Shown here in pieces: positions 23,760 through 36,799 of a stretch of DNA of 64,000 nt. Both the position numbers and the translations under genes were made by a program. The notes below the pieces were generated by a model. That model was not told where the DNA came from, searched no databases, and was given only the letters and a program-made list of their open reading frames with translations. The DNA lies in the NCBI RefSeq assembly GCF_036971445.1, contig NC_091477.1, forward strand, positions 77,252,001 through 77,316,000. Direction: 5' to 3'. The stretch's first letter is position 1, and each line of letters starts with the position of its first letter. This DNA is from Narcine bancroftii (lineage: Eukaryota).

Positions 23760-24771
23760 CAGTGGTTCCCAACTTTTTCTTTCCACTCATATACCACTTT
23801 AAGTAATCCATATACCATCAGTGCTCTGTGATTAGTAAGGGATTGCTTAAGGTGGGATGTGAGTGGGAAGGAAAGGTTAAGAATTACTACTCTAGATCCA
23901 ATTGTTACTGAAATATTTTGCTTGGGAAAAATTGTAATTGGCGCATTTCCTTTGGAGTTATGAATCTGTGCACATAACGAGTCAATGAGGTAGGATTACA
24001 ACAGTGGTTTTCAACCTTTTTCTTTCCACCCACATTCTTTGGCTTGGCTTCGCTGACGAAGATTTATGGAGGGGGTAAAAAGTCCACGTCAGCTGCAGGC
24101 TCGTTTGTGGCTGACAAGTCCGATGCGGGACAGGCAGACACGGTTGCAGCGGTTGCAGGGGAAAATTGGTTGGTTGGGGTTGGGTGTTGGGTTTTTCCTC
24201 CTTTGCCTTTTGTCAGTGAGGTGGGCTCTGCGGTCTTCTTCAAAGGAGGTTGCTGCCCGCCAAACTGTGAGGCGCCAAGATGCACAGTTTGAGGCGTTAT
24301 CAGCCCACTGGCGGTGGTCAATGTGGCAGGCACCAAGAGATTTCTTTAGGCAGTCCTTGTACCTTTTCTTTGGTGCACCTCTGTCACGGTGGCCAGTGGA
24401 GAGCTCGCCATATAACACGATCTTGGGAAGGCGATGGTCCTCCATTCTGGAGTCGTGACCCATCCAGCGCAGCTGGATCTTCAGCAGCGTGGACTCGATG
24501 CTGTCGACCTCTGCCATCTCGAGTACTTCGACGTTAGGGATGAAAGCGCTCCAATGGATGTTGAGGATGGAGCGGAGACAACGCTGGTGGAAGCGTTCTA
24601 GGAGCCGTAGGTGGTGCCGGTAGAGGACCCATGATTCGGAGCCGAACAGTAGTGTGGGTATGACAACCCACATCCCACCTTAAGAAATCCCTTACTAATC
24701 ACAGAGCACTGATGGCATAAGGAATACCTAAAGTGGCATGTAAGTGGAAAGAGAAAGGTCGGGAACCACTG
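23760..24771. mobile_element. Composite hAT MITE, copy 3, interrupted by an RTE
   Basis: 8-bp TSD AATTAGGA / ACTTAGGA; right arm split at ACCCACAT. Confidence 0.9.
24036..24665 (-). mobile_element. RTE-clade LINE, 5'-truncated and young, 8-bp TSD ACCCACAT
   Basis: Open ORF VVIPTLLFGSESW...LERFHQRCLRSILNIHW...QLRWMGH...LPKIVLYGEL...C2H-type end; TSD at 24028-24035 and 24666-24673. Confidence 0.95.
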
Positions 24772-26089
24772 ACTTAGGATAATACGGTTATAATGCATGC
24801 CATTATTTCCTCGGGAGTCAGAGAACAGAAGCCAGTTGCTGAAGTCTTTTGATCATGGAACTATTATTTTGTATTACATGGGAAGAATTCTGTACCTCAT
24901 TCTAACAATCCATAAGAAGATAGCATCTGTGATGATGGGGACAGGAGAGTTTGAATGACTGATCTGTTTCTCTTTCCTGTTTAACAATGACTCCAGCAAC
25001 CTAAATATTCCACCTTTAAGTATGTATGTGTTGTGAGTCAAAGCTCATTCTATGTCCACCTGAGACTTGTGGAAGTGTAAGCAGGCAAGGATGTAGACTT
25101 ACACTTTATGTTGTATCTTACCTGGGAGGAGGATATGTGTTGAGGTGGCTTGGACACCTGCAGAGAGGGAGTGGTGCAGGGAGAGGAACATGACATTGAA
25201 TATAGAATGTAGAGGCAGAGGCACAGTTTTCTTTACATACCTAAACACGCTTCATGAGCTTCAGATTGTCAAGTGCAATCTTGAAACCTCTGCAGCTTCC
25301 TTGAAGATAATTTATACTTTTAATGAACCTGGTACCTATGAACTATCATTGGTTGTTGACGTCACCACCACCTATCAACTCTTTAAACCCTGGATCCTGT
25401 CAGGCTCAAGCACTGACTCTATAAAATGCAGAAAGTAAAAGCAAACAAAGGGACTGCAGCTGCTAGAATCTGGAGCAAAAACCAAGTTGCTGTAGGAATT
25501 CTTGGGTCATGTGCCATTGTGGATAGAAATAGGTAGTTATATTGGGTCAAGACCCTTCATCTGGACTCAAAAGAGGGGAGATAGCCAGTACTGGGAGGTA
25601 AGGGAAAGGTGGGGGTGGGGAAATGTGACGACAATTGGGTAGAGTTGGGGTGCGGTTAATTGGCATATAGAGACTGGTGTTGCACCTCCTGTGGTTGCAG
25701 AGAAATGTTCCTGGGGAGGGGGAGGGATAAGTGAACTAGTGAATGGCAGAAAGAATGGGCCCTGTGGTAGGAAGGGGAAGATGTGACTGGTGGTGACATC
25801 ACTTAGCTGGCCGAAGAATGACGTGCTCCACAGTGAGCTTCCATTCAGCTGGGGTCCAATATAAGTACATGTACAAGAGTCTCAGGTCAGTTGCTTAATG
25901 TCTAATCTTGCAGCTGTTGGAAATCTTTGATGTGTTGGGACCACGATAATTGGCAGGAGATGAAAAATCAAATGTCAAATATGGCTGAAGAAACCCCTCA
26001 GTAACATGATCAGTAAAGCACAACTCAACCGCCATGAAAGGCACGTGATCACCAGATGTTCAATTGAACAGCTATTCACATCCCAAAGA

Positions 26090-26930
26090 TGTATTTGGGT
26101 GCCTTGTAGATATGTACAGAAGAAGAAACCTGTTGCATATCGAGAAAATCAACATGGGACATTGGCTTCGGAGGACAGTAGCGATCATCAAGGATCCGCA
26201 CCTTTTAGGACTTGCTCTGTTCTTGCTGCTGCCATCAGGAAAGAGGTATGAGTGCCCCAAGATTCAGAAATAGTTGCTCCCCCTCCACCATCAGACTCCT
26301 CAACAACAAACTCAACCAGGGACTCATTTAAAGATTCTTACTTTGCACATTATTTATTATTGTGTAGTCACGCGCTACACGAAAGAACGACCCTCACAAG
26401 TGTGGTCAGCTTAAGTTCTGCTTTATTAGAGCTCAAGCCTGACTTTTATATCGCTCATGTTCCCACTGTTTGCCCCAATTACTGATGTCACATTCTTCAT
26501 GGCAAAGGTGGGTTCTCCTGCGAGCGGGTACACCCTTGCATGACCCTTCTTTCCCGCGCCCTACCCCAGTCTGTTGGCTGTACAGCGGGGCCAGCACCAT
26601 TTTGGGATCGCTGGCCCCTTAGGCTGCTTTAGTCATTCGTCCACCGGTTCGCTTGCTGGGGCCAGTGCCGTTGCATGGTCTGCTGGCTTTATGTTGCGCT
26701 CGCCGCCCAGAGTGCTGGATTGCTCGCTGCGGCGGCAGGCCGCCACATTGAATATTTATTTTCTGTATTCCACAGATATTTTGTTTCTGTTTCTTTCTTT
26801 GTTCACATTTCGCTCTTTTGTATATGTATCTTTTCTTGCACAGTTTTTTTGCACTATTGATTTAAGTATAAATTCTGTCTGGCCCACAGGAAAATGAATC
26901 TCAGTTTGCATGTGATGCCATGTTTGTACA
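26090..26930 (+). mobile_element. Rex1/Babar-type 3' fragment split by a solo LTR
   Basis: IIKDPHLLGLALFLLLPSGKRY; 3' UTR matches 4560-4860. Confidence 0.75.
26363..26747 (-). mobile_element. Solo LTR (Gypsy-like)
   Basis: TGTAGT...GCCACA termini; minus-strand AATAAA (~26421) and TATAAAA (~26445); approximate TSD (A)TTG; CpG-rich. Confidence 0.8.
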
Positions 26931-27375
26931 CTGAGCAGGTCGCGCAGCGTTCATCGGAGGCAAAGATATATAACCACTGTTTCGGGCCTGAGCTTTTTGA
27001 ACAAAATCCAGGTTGGCGCCTGAATAAAAAAGGTGGTGGGGAGAGGGAAGAGGGGGAAAGGTGTAAACAGGCCCACATCCGAGTGGAGATAGGTGGACAT
27101 GACTAGGACGGCAGGAGAGGAAAGCTAAGAATTGATCGGGGAGGGGCATAGCTCTGTGAATGCAGAGCAGGAGGAAAGGAGACAGAGGGTAAGATAAAGA
27201 GAGGGACAGGGCTGGGGTAAAACAGAAACTGAAGTTGGAGTTAGTGCCATCTGGTTGGAGGATGCCCAGATGGAATATGAATTTGCTCCATTTTGCTGGT
27301 GGTCTCAGTTTGGGAGTGTATGAGACCATGGGCAGACATGTCAGCATGGGAATAAGGTGGCAAATTGAAATGGGT
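26930..27375 (-). mobile_element. Penelope-like element 3' fragment (end of GIY-YIG domain plus terminal repeat)
   Basis: KFIFHLGILQPDGTNSNFS resembles the C-terminus of the PLE endonuclease. Confidence 0.75.
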
Positions 27376-27394
27376 AAAATTAAATTTAAAATTT

Positions 27395-27635
27395 AAATTT
27401 AGACATACAGCGCAGTAACAGGCCCTTTTGGCCCATTAACCTTTGCTGCCCCAAATACATCAAATTGACCAACATCCCTGGTATGTTTTTGAGAGATTGG
27501 GTGGGAACTGGAGCACCAGGAGGAAATCCATGCAGATACGGGGAAAACGTACAAATTTCTTACAGACAGCGCAGGAAGAAAACCCTGGTCATTGGTACTA
27601 TAACAGCATTGCGCTAATCACTATGCTAATTGTTG
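27395..27635 (-). mobile_element. V-SINE
   Basis: Reverse complement of the 295-570 family (TTTAGACATACAGCGCAGTAACAGGCCC...). Confidence 0.85.
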
Positions 27636-27659
27636 AAATGGCAGGTTGGTGCTGGACCA

Positions 27660-28881
27660 GCCTCTGAATCCAACGTATCCACCTCAATTTGCCTATAATC
27701 ACAATCGTTTCACAGCAGTTGCAATATCGCTGGCTCTCCACTTAACGCTAGATCACCTTGAAAACTGCAATTTATACATATGGCTGCTCTTCATTGACGA
27801 CAGCTTGGCCTTCAATACCATTATTCCATAAGAAGCTGCAAACTCTAGGCCTGTGCACCCCACTCTGTAACTGCATCCATGACTTTCTCATTGGAAGACC
27901 AGAATCAGCATGAATTGGAAATAACATCTTCTCCTCACTGATTATCAGTGCACCCCAAGGATGCATGCTTACCCCACTGCTCTATTCACTATACACCCAT
28001 TACTGAGCAGCCAGGCACAATTCCAATGCTATCAACAAGTTTGCAGATGACACCTCAGTTTTCGGCAGAATCACAAACAGCCATGAGGAAGCAACAGGAG
28101 GGAGAGAGATCAGCTCGTTGAATGGTGTAATAACAACAGTCTTGCACTCAATGTTACCAAAACCAAGAGGATTGTGGACTTCAGAAGGAAGTCAGGGGAA
28201 CACGATCCAGTCTTCATCGAGGGCTCAGTAGTGGAGAGGGTTAGAACTTCAAATTCCTGGGTGTCAACATCTCCGAGGATCTGTACCAGAGCCTTCATTT
28301 TGGTGCAATCACCAAGAAGGCTCGCCAGTGGCTATACTTAATGAGGTTTCTGAGGGGATTCAGTATGTCACTGAAAACTCTTGAAAACTTCTACAGGTGT
28401 ACCATGGAGAGCATTCGGGCTGGTTGCATCACTGCCTGGTACCGAGGTGCCAACTATCAGGTCAAGAATAAACTCCAGAGGGTTGTTAACTCAGCCTGAG
28501 ACATCACAGGTACCAAACTTCACTCCATCAAGGACATCTACATGAGGCGGTGTCTTAAAAAAGCAGCCTCTATCCTTAAAGACCCCTATCACCTAGGCCA
28601 TGCCCTCTTCACTCTGCTACCATCGGGGGGTTGGGGGGGGGGAAGGTACAGGAGCTTAAATACAAGCACTCAGCAGGACAAGGACAGCTTTTTTCCCCGC
28701 TGCCGTCAGATTCCTGAATAATCAATGACCCAAAGACACTGCCTTACCTTTCGTGCACTATTATTTTGTTTTATTTATAGTTATGTTGTAAGATAGTTAC
28801 AATATGAATGTTTACACTGTCATGCTGCCGCAAAAACACCAAACTTCCTGATTTGTTCATGACAATAGATTCTGAATCTGA
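27660..28881 (+). mobile_element. Rex1/Babar-type LINE, RT to 3' end
   Basis: PQFAYNHNR...[15 protein letters not shown]; APQGCMLTPLLYSLYTH; KFADDT; tail GACAATAGATTCTGAATCTGA. Confidence 0.9.
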
Positions 28882-29262
28882 CCGTGCTCCACCATTTCCA
28901 CCGTCCACTACATGATCCGACCACCAGACACACCTTTCCCTCTCTGCCTTCCGCATGGTCCACTCCATCTGTGACTCCCTTGTCCTCACCTCCCTTTCCA
29001 CATATGCCTCCCCTTGGCACCTACCCCTCTGACCTCCAGAAATGCTACACATGCACCCACACTACCATTCGAGCTACAAACAAGCCTTGCAAGTAAAGTA
29101 ACACTTCACTCGTGAATCTCCAGCTCTTGTTGTGCTCTCCTCCACATTGGAGAGACTGGTTGCGGACTGGGAGATTGCTTCATTCAGAACCTCCACTCTG
29201 TTTGCTGCAATAATGGGGATCCCCCCAGTAGTGACCTATTTCAATTCCCCGCCCCATACCCA
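28882..29262 (+). mobile_element. Penelope-like element fragment
   Basis: Homologous to the reverse complement of ~42190-42490 (GIY-YIG region). Confidence 0.65.
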
Positions 29263-30892
29263 ATCCTAATTCAAATAGCAAATAGATTTGGTCTTTATAT
29301 CAAGACACAGTTTTCAGTCGTCACTGTATTTTTCTGCCTGGCCTGCAGGAAAAAGTATCTCATGTTTGTATGTGATGTCATGTATGTACTCTGACAATAA
29401 ATCTGAAATATTATTAGTATTAGTTTAAGTTGCAAAATCCAGAAATAGGCATTGCATAAATAACATAAATAACATTATGCTGTCAAAATTATCAAGGTCA
29501 GGGAAATGTAAGAATTAATGAATCAATTACAGCTGTTTTTATGCCATACATGCCTTTTAATATATGTCATTGTCAGAATTTCTAAATAGAATGGTCAAAG
29601 ATCACACACTACCAAGCAATATGTTACTCCCAACCAGACCAAGTTAACTGCCAGCACTTCAAAAACCTTTCAGAATGAGCAAAGATGTTGCTCAAGCACA
29701 ATGTAAGAAGCCTTAGCACAATGTAAAAAGCGTTAAGTTACTGAAAGATGAAACAGAAGGAATATTTTTATCTATGTTAATAACATTCTAAAAATACATT
29801 TGGAATTTCAACTTTCTTCATGTACTGGCTTGAAATAATTGCATTAAAATTCAGCTCTATGCTTTCTTCTGCTCTCTCTCTTCATTATCAAGTTTTTAAA
29901 CCTTGGTCTCCCCCTTCATTTTTTGCCTTTCTGCTTTCAAAAATCTTTCACTTTGGTCTGTGATGCCCTGAGTTTAATTATTCATTTGTACTGCTCCATT
30001 CACTGCCACCTGTCATGTTCATTCCCATCTGAATTGAGGAAATTTCGAGATAATTGAGTGATAGAGCCCACCTGATTCATTGAATATCAAATTAAACTTT
30101 GCATTCAAACTGGATCCTGCCACGTTCGTGAGAATATTATTCAAAATAATATTTCAATTTCATCAGTGAGCAGTAAAATATTGAACCATTTTTTTCTGAC
30201 TGATAATTCACTTCATTATATTACTGTTGCCAGACTTGACTAATTTGTGTAATAAATTCTGTATTCCGCTGAATATATTCTGCCTGGATGATATGTATAT
30301 TACATTCTGCATTGATATCATGCACCACTCGGTTTGGTTGCTATCATATATGCCTCTCTAAAGGACGAGACTTGAAACTTTAAAATGTCACCCCAAAACC
30401 AGGGGTTGCCTTTCATGCCAAGTATAGAATCCAAACCTTGACAGCGCTCCCCCATGTGGTCCAACTGCCGTCAGCTCTATACAGGCTTTAAACCGGCCTG
30501 TTGAAGGAGCCGATGGTCATCTATTTTAAAATATGCTTATAAAATTTAAACCTTTACTTGGTCATTTACTTTTAAAATATTGTGACAGCATCACTCCACT
30601 GGTCAGCAGTAAGTGCCAGTCTTTGAATAGTCTGGTTCAACGAGTAAAGCTCAAAACCTACATTGTAAGTAAATTCTGGGGTTTGTCTTTTACAAGAATC
30701 TTACACGCACACGGTATGTCTTAAATATTTTTTTTGTACTTTGTGCAGACAAAAGAAGATTAGTGATGATCCATAGTCAAAATGTTGACAATGCTAGAAA
30801 TTCAAATAAAATATGAATACTATTTTTTGCTGTTGGAAAAAGGGAATTGTGCAAGGTAAGTGGAGGACCTTCAAAGGTGAAATTTGGAGGGT

Positions 30893-32275
30893 AAAGAGTT
30901 TGTATGTTCCCGTCAGGATTAAAGGTAAGGTTAGCAGGCATAGGGAACCTTGGTTTTTGAGAGATATTGGGGATATGATTTAGAAGAAGCGAGAAGTGTA
31001 TAACAGGTATAGACAACATGTAGCAAATGAGGTGCTTGCAGAGTATAAAAAATGCAAGAAAAATCTCAAGAAAGAAATCAGGAGGCTAAAAAAAAGATAT
31101 GAGGTTGCTTTGGCTGACAATGTGAAAGAAAATCCTAAGGGTTTCTACAAGTGTATTAAGAGCAAAAGGGTAGTAACTGACAAAATTGGACCCCTTGATT
31201 AGAGTGGTTGACTATGTATGGAGCCAAAAGAGATGAGGGAGATCTTAAATGCTTTTTCCATCAGTATTCACTCAGGAAACTGAAACAGCATCTAGGAAAG
31301 TATAGAAAGCAATCTGTATAAACCTATACAGATTAAAGATGTGCTTGAGATCTTGAAGCAAATAAGGGTGGATAAATCCCCAGGACCTGACAAGATATTC
31401 CCTCGGACCTGGAGGGAGCCTAGTGTAGAAATTGCAGGGCCTCTGGTAGATATATTGAAAATGTCCTCAGCCACGGGTGTAGTGCTGGAGGATTAGAGGG
31501 TAGCTCCTGTTGTTCTGTTGTGTATAAAAAAAGGTTACAGAGGTAACCCTGGCAATTATAGACCGATGAGCCTGACATCAGTATGTGGTAATTATTTGGT
31601 TAGGCAGAAATTGATTTTGGATAGTCAATATGGCTTTGTGCATGGTAGATCACATTTATCCAATCTTATAGAGATTTTTGAGGAGGTTACCAGGAAAGTT
31701 GATGAAGAAAAGGTTGTGGATGTGGACTTTAGTAAGGCCTTTGACAAGGTCCCACATGGGAGGTTAGTCAGGAAGGTTCAGACGCTAGGTATTCATAGTG
31801 AAGAGGTGAACTGGATTCGACAATGGCTGGACAGGAGTAGTAGTGAATGATTGCTTCACAGAATGGAGGAGGCCTGTGAATAGTGGTGGGCCTCAAGAAT
31901 CGGTGCTGGGACCATTGTTGTTTGTCATCTCTATCAATGATAATGTGGTAAATTGTATCAGCAAGTTTGCAGATGAGACTAAAATTAGGGATGTTGTGGA
32001 CAGTGAAGAAGGTTTTCAAAGCTTTCAGAGGGATCTGGACCAGCTGGAAAAATGGGCTGAAAGATAGCAGATGGAATTTAATGCAGACAGTGTGAGGTGT
32101 TGTATTTTGGAAAGACTATCCAAGAAAGGGTGAATGGTAGGGCACCCAGGAGTACACGTGGAAGAAAGGTATGGTTATGAGTATGAAGTAGGGAAGGATT
32201 AGATTGTTGTGGAGTAGGTTTGTATAGGTCAGCACAAAGAAAGGCCTGCACTGTGCTGTCTGGTTCTATGTTCTA
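30893..32275 (+). mobile_element. CR1 LINE ORF2 relic with 3' tail
   Basis: VKENPKGFYKCIKSKR; PGNYRPMSLTSV; DFSKAFDKVPHGRL; PQESVLGPLLF; SKFADETK; GTTCTATGTTCTA tail. Confidence 0.93.
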
Positions 32276-33241
32276 CAGAGAAAAAAAAATCCTCAACTCT
32301 GTCCTAAATGGGCACCCCCTTAGATTTAGAATCTCCTAAAAGAGGAATCATTTCCTTTTCTACCCTGACAAGTTCCTTCAGGATCCGATCAATCAAGTTC
32401 CCTCTCACTCGACGAAATTCCACCAGGTACAAAGCGTGTGTTTCCATCTCTTCCCTATGGACCAACCTGCCCATTTCTGGCATGTGTCATGTAAACCTTC
32501 CCTGAACTACATCCAATGTGGAGAGAAGCTTAGAAACTGCAGGAGACACATGAAAGATAAACGTCAGAATGTTTAGAAAGAAACAGAGGTGTAAGAATGA
32601 AAGGGGGGATTTTTAACCAGCAGCTTGCTTCAAAACTCCGCTGTTTGAACTTTCCTAATGCCTAACATTGAAATAGACTTGCTGCTGTTGAGAAAATGAC
32701 CAAAACCAATTAGCCTCAAGAACTAGCAAGATTAATGGTAGTGGACACATAAGCCAGTTATCGTAGGAATAAGCTTCAAGATTCCTTCATCTTGTAATAA
32801 TACAGAAAATGTAATATTACATGACATTTCCTTCTACCTGCCATAAGACAAAGAATAAGGTTGTAGCTTCCTTTACCTTTAAGACAAGTTGAGAGACAAT
32901 GTTATGTCAAATCACTCTGGATAATTAGAGTCTGTCTTCATGATTGCAATAAACCCACAAGAGATTTATTCAATTAAGAAAAAGCATTAATTTTGTATAT
33001 TGTCACCACAATCCAAAAGTATAACCTCTGTTCACTCTAACAATGAATTTGTCAATCAGCTTTTCTTTAATTTTGAATTGCTTGGATTTTGATTCATTTG
33101 ACTTTAAATGTTTTTCTTATGACATAAAAGGAAGCTATTCAAACAGTTAGGTCTGCGCTGGTTTTTAGAGCAATCTTGTCAGTCCCATTTCCCCCACTTA
33201 TTTTCCAAAAACCTCTTTTCTCTCACATGTACATTAATTCC

Positions 33242-33459
33242 TGCCCGCAACCCAGAGCCCACCTCACTGACAAAAGACAAAGGAGGAAAAACCCAACACC
33301 CAACCCCAACCAACCAATTTTCCCTTGCAACCGCTGCAACCGTGCCTGCCTGTCCCGCATCGGACTTGTCAACCACAAACAAGCCTGCAGCAGACATGGA
33401 CATTTACCCCCTCCATAAATCTTCGTCCGCAAAGCCAAGCCAAAGAGAAGAAAGAAAGA
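33242..33459 (+). mobile_element. RTE LINE short 3' copy, 11-bp TSD ACATTAATTCC
   Basis: RAHLTDKRQRRKNPTPNPNQPIFPC; GAAA-rich tail; TSD at 33231-33241 and 33460-33470. Confidence 0.93.
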
Positions 33460-33981
33460 ACATTAATTCCACCATCTCATTCCCCTGCCACTTCAATACT
33501 CATGGGACCAATTGCTGTTGCCCATTAACCTGCCAGTTAACCTGGAGGAAATCAGAGATCCCAGCAGAAGCACACATTGCCACAGAGAGGCCATGCAGAA
33601 TCTACAGATTGTAAACGGGATCAAACCTGGAATTTTTAGAGCTGTGTGGCAGCAGCACCATCTGCTGTGCCACTGAAGGGCATCATTTGTGATGAGAGCT
33701 GACTCTGATATCTAGATTTCTGACACCACTGATAGATTACATTTTTCAGATATTATTCATGAATTCACTGAAATTCATGAATTCTTCCAAATGAATGTGT
33801 CTGAGCCTGCTTCCTAATGGAAAATGGAACACTTTCTGGGGAATGCAATGCATCCAACCTCCCCCTGCATTATGATGCCAATGTGTTACCAAAGGTAGCT
33901 GTCCACTTGGGCGGCTGTAGAAATGTGTTGGTTCTTTACACAGTTATGCATTGGATATGTGATATATACAGTAAATGTCTT

Positions 33982-34449
33982 CTTTCTTCTTTGGCTTGGC
34001 TTCGCGGACTAAGATTTATGGAGGGGGTAAAAAGTCCACGTCAGCTGCAGGCTCGTTTGTGGCTGACAAGTCCGATGCGGGACAGGCAGACACGGTTGCA
34101 GCGGTTGCAGGGGAAAATTGGTTGGTTGGGGTTGGGTGTTGGGTTTTTCCTCCTTTGCCTTTTGTCAGTGAGGTGGGCTCTGCGGTCTTCTTCAAAGGAG
34201 GTTGCTGCCTGCCAAACTGTGAGGCGCCAAGATGCACGGTTTGAGGCGTTATCAGCCCACTGGCGGTGGTCAATGTGGCAGGCACCAAGAGATTTCTTTA
34301 GGCAGTCCTTGTACCTTTTCTTTGGTGCACCTCTGTCACGGTGGCCAGTGGAGAGCTCGCCATATAACACGATCTTGGGAAGGCGATGGTCCTCCATTCT
34401 GGAGACGTGACCCATCCAGCGCAGCTGGATCTTCAGCAGCGTGGACTCG
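33982..34449 (-). mobile_element. RTE LINE 5'-truncated copy, TSD ATGTCTT
   Basis: Near-identical to 24036-24500; ATGTCTT at 33975-33981 and 34450-34456. Confidence 0.95.
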
Positions 34450-34654
34450 ATGTCTTATGTCTTATGGCTCTGTTATATCACCTTAGTGAGAATGCCTGAT
34501 GCTCAGGGAGCAGGTGCTTGGTTGAGAATTCTTCAGCAATCAGCAAAGTGAAAATACATTTAAAATCTTTGTTGCTGTGGCACCATAGCAGCAGGATACT
34601 TCCCTCAACTTCACAGCAACAAGCAACCAGCACCTACCCAATCTTCTAATCCAC

Positions 34655-35060
34655 AGAATCAGAACAGGAATTTATTGTTATAAACAAGTTACTAAATTCA
34701 ATGTTTTTGCAGCAGTATCACAGTGCAAACATTTTATAACCATTTTTACAACAATAAATTTAAAAAAAAATAGTGCACAAAAACTAAGGCAGTGTCTTTG
34801 GCTCATTGATTATTCAGGAATCTGATGGCCGTAGCAAGGAAGAAGCCGTCCTTGTACCATTGAGTGCTCGTCTTCAGGCTCCCCAACGGTAGCAGAGTGA
34901 AGAGGGCGTGGCCTGGGCGGTGGGGGTCTTTGAGGATAGAGGCTGCTTTTTGAAGATACTGCCTCTTGTAGGTGTTCTCGATGGAGTGAAGGCCAGTGCT
35001 TGTGGTGGTCGCAGGCCAAGTTAACAACCCTCTGGTGTGTTTTTTTCTTACCTGAGAGTT
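34655..35060 (-). mobile_element. Rex1/Babar-type 3' fragment
   Basis: KAASILKDPHRPGHALFTLLP; same subfamily as 28480-28881. Confidence 0.85.
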
Positions 35061-36799
35061 CGCTCAACCCCATCCATTCTTACAAAGACTTAGATTGGTT
35101 GCTCTGCCAGCAAAGCAAGTGGAACAGTCGTCCAATGCGTGAGTTGTCTGGAGATGTGACAGCACCATGAGCTCACCCAATGGCGACCTAAAGTCTAATG
35201 TCACAGTGACCGAAGATTTCCTGGGTGCTCCCTTTCTACATTGACAGGACCATATTTTAAGAGTATGTTAATGAGGGATGTAAACAATTCATTTGCTTTC
35301 ACGCTCCATCCTAATGTTATGAGTCAACATATTTTTCAAGGTAAGCAAATTTTCCCACAAACAATTTAACTTTACTGCTTGACCCATAGTTCAAGGTTGA
35401 AGTAGTCAAATGATGGTGCCCAAAAAAAAGTCAGCGAATTAGAACTTTGGTGGAGCCAAAAAAAGGGGTTTCTGCAGCTCGCACAAAGTCGCCGGCACAA
35501 TTTTCTCTCAAGTTGGAAGAGGATTTGATGACGTTTCTTCAAGCTGAAGCATTAACTGTCTCACCTCAGAAGCTGCCAGGCCTATTTCCAAGCTATTCTG
35601 TTTTCATTTCAGATTTCTGACACCTACAATATTTTGTTTGATGTAGGATTAGTTATTTTAAGCACGTTAAACATGAATATTTTTCCAAGGAGAAGAGAAG
35701 GTAGATTAGGGATGCACGAGTTGGAAAAGATGGACCATCCACTTCTTAGAACTGTATGAGATGAGGCACTGATGCCATGTGATTCTTTAAACATGTGGGT
35801 GGTTCATTGGTATATTAATTAAGTGATAAGTACAAACAACAATTTTTGCTCATAGATTGATCATCAGTAACATTTACTGAATGCACCATAAATAAATAAA
35901 TTTGTAGTTAATTTTTAAATATCCAGATATATCCCAATCAAATTCAGTGGAACTTCCTATGGTTGTATTGGAAGGGAACGAATATGGGAGGTTTGATTTT
36001 GCCATTCCAAAGAAAATAGAAATGTATAGTCTTCTGAATGGAAATCTTCACCATCTCACGTAGTTTGATTATGATCTGACTGACAGAGAATTGTCTTCAG
36101 TGAAAAATAGGTGCAGAATAAAAGTGATCTGATCTCCCTCCTGACTTGGTAATGCTACAGTAAACTTAACTATCCTTTAGTGACCTTTGCTAAATTAAAT
36201 CAGTCTCCTGTGTTTAGTCAGGGAGCACCTTCTTGAAAAAACTCAATCATGCTGTCAGAGGGTTAATGAGGTGAGTCTTCAATTAATTAAGGAAAATCTT
36301 GACTGAATGACTACTTTGAAAGGTGCTCATTACTTTTAGAGCTATTTTCAGCATCCAGCTCTTTCCTGAGTTGTTTTTTCTGCTTGAAACTATTTGTAGC
36401 CAAACTTACAAATCAATATTTGGATTTTACAAGTATTGCATATTTACAACTGTTTCTAGGATTTAAAGGCATTAAAATTTTGGGTAGAAATATTTATCCT
36501 TAATCCTTCCTGAAATCTTGTATTTCAAAGTTTTCACTCCATAACCACTGCATGTTTTCAATAAACAAGTCGCCTTGGCCATATAGATATATTTCATTAA
36601 ATGTAGCATGGGATATGTTCCTTTAGGAAATTTTTGAATAAATTTATTATTGGCTTTGAATAAAACAGCCATGATTGGTTTCTATGGCAATACTATTTGA
36701 TCTTTGATTGTGAGGACTGGTCACATTACATTACTTGGGTCACATAATGGTTTAGTTTCTATTCAGAAATATTTAAATGCTAAATGCAGGTGTTTATAT

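Noticed and set aside
24066-24458. Plus-strand ORFs duplicated at 33817-34410
   Set aside because: Antisense shadows of the RTE ORF
33648-33672. CTCF-like ACAGCAGATGGTGCTG on the minus strand
   Set aside because: Lies in the tRNA-like head of a decayed SINE, with no independent support
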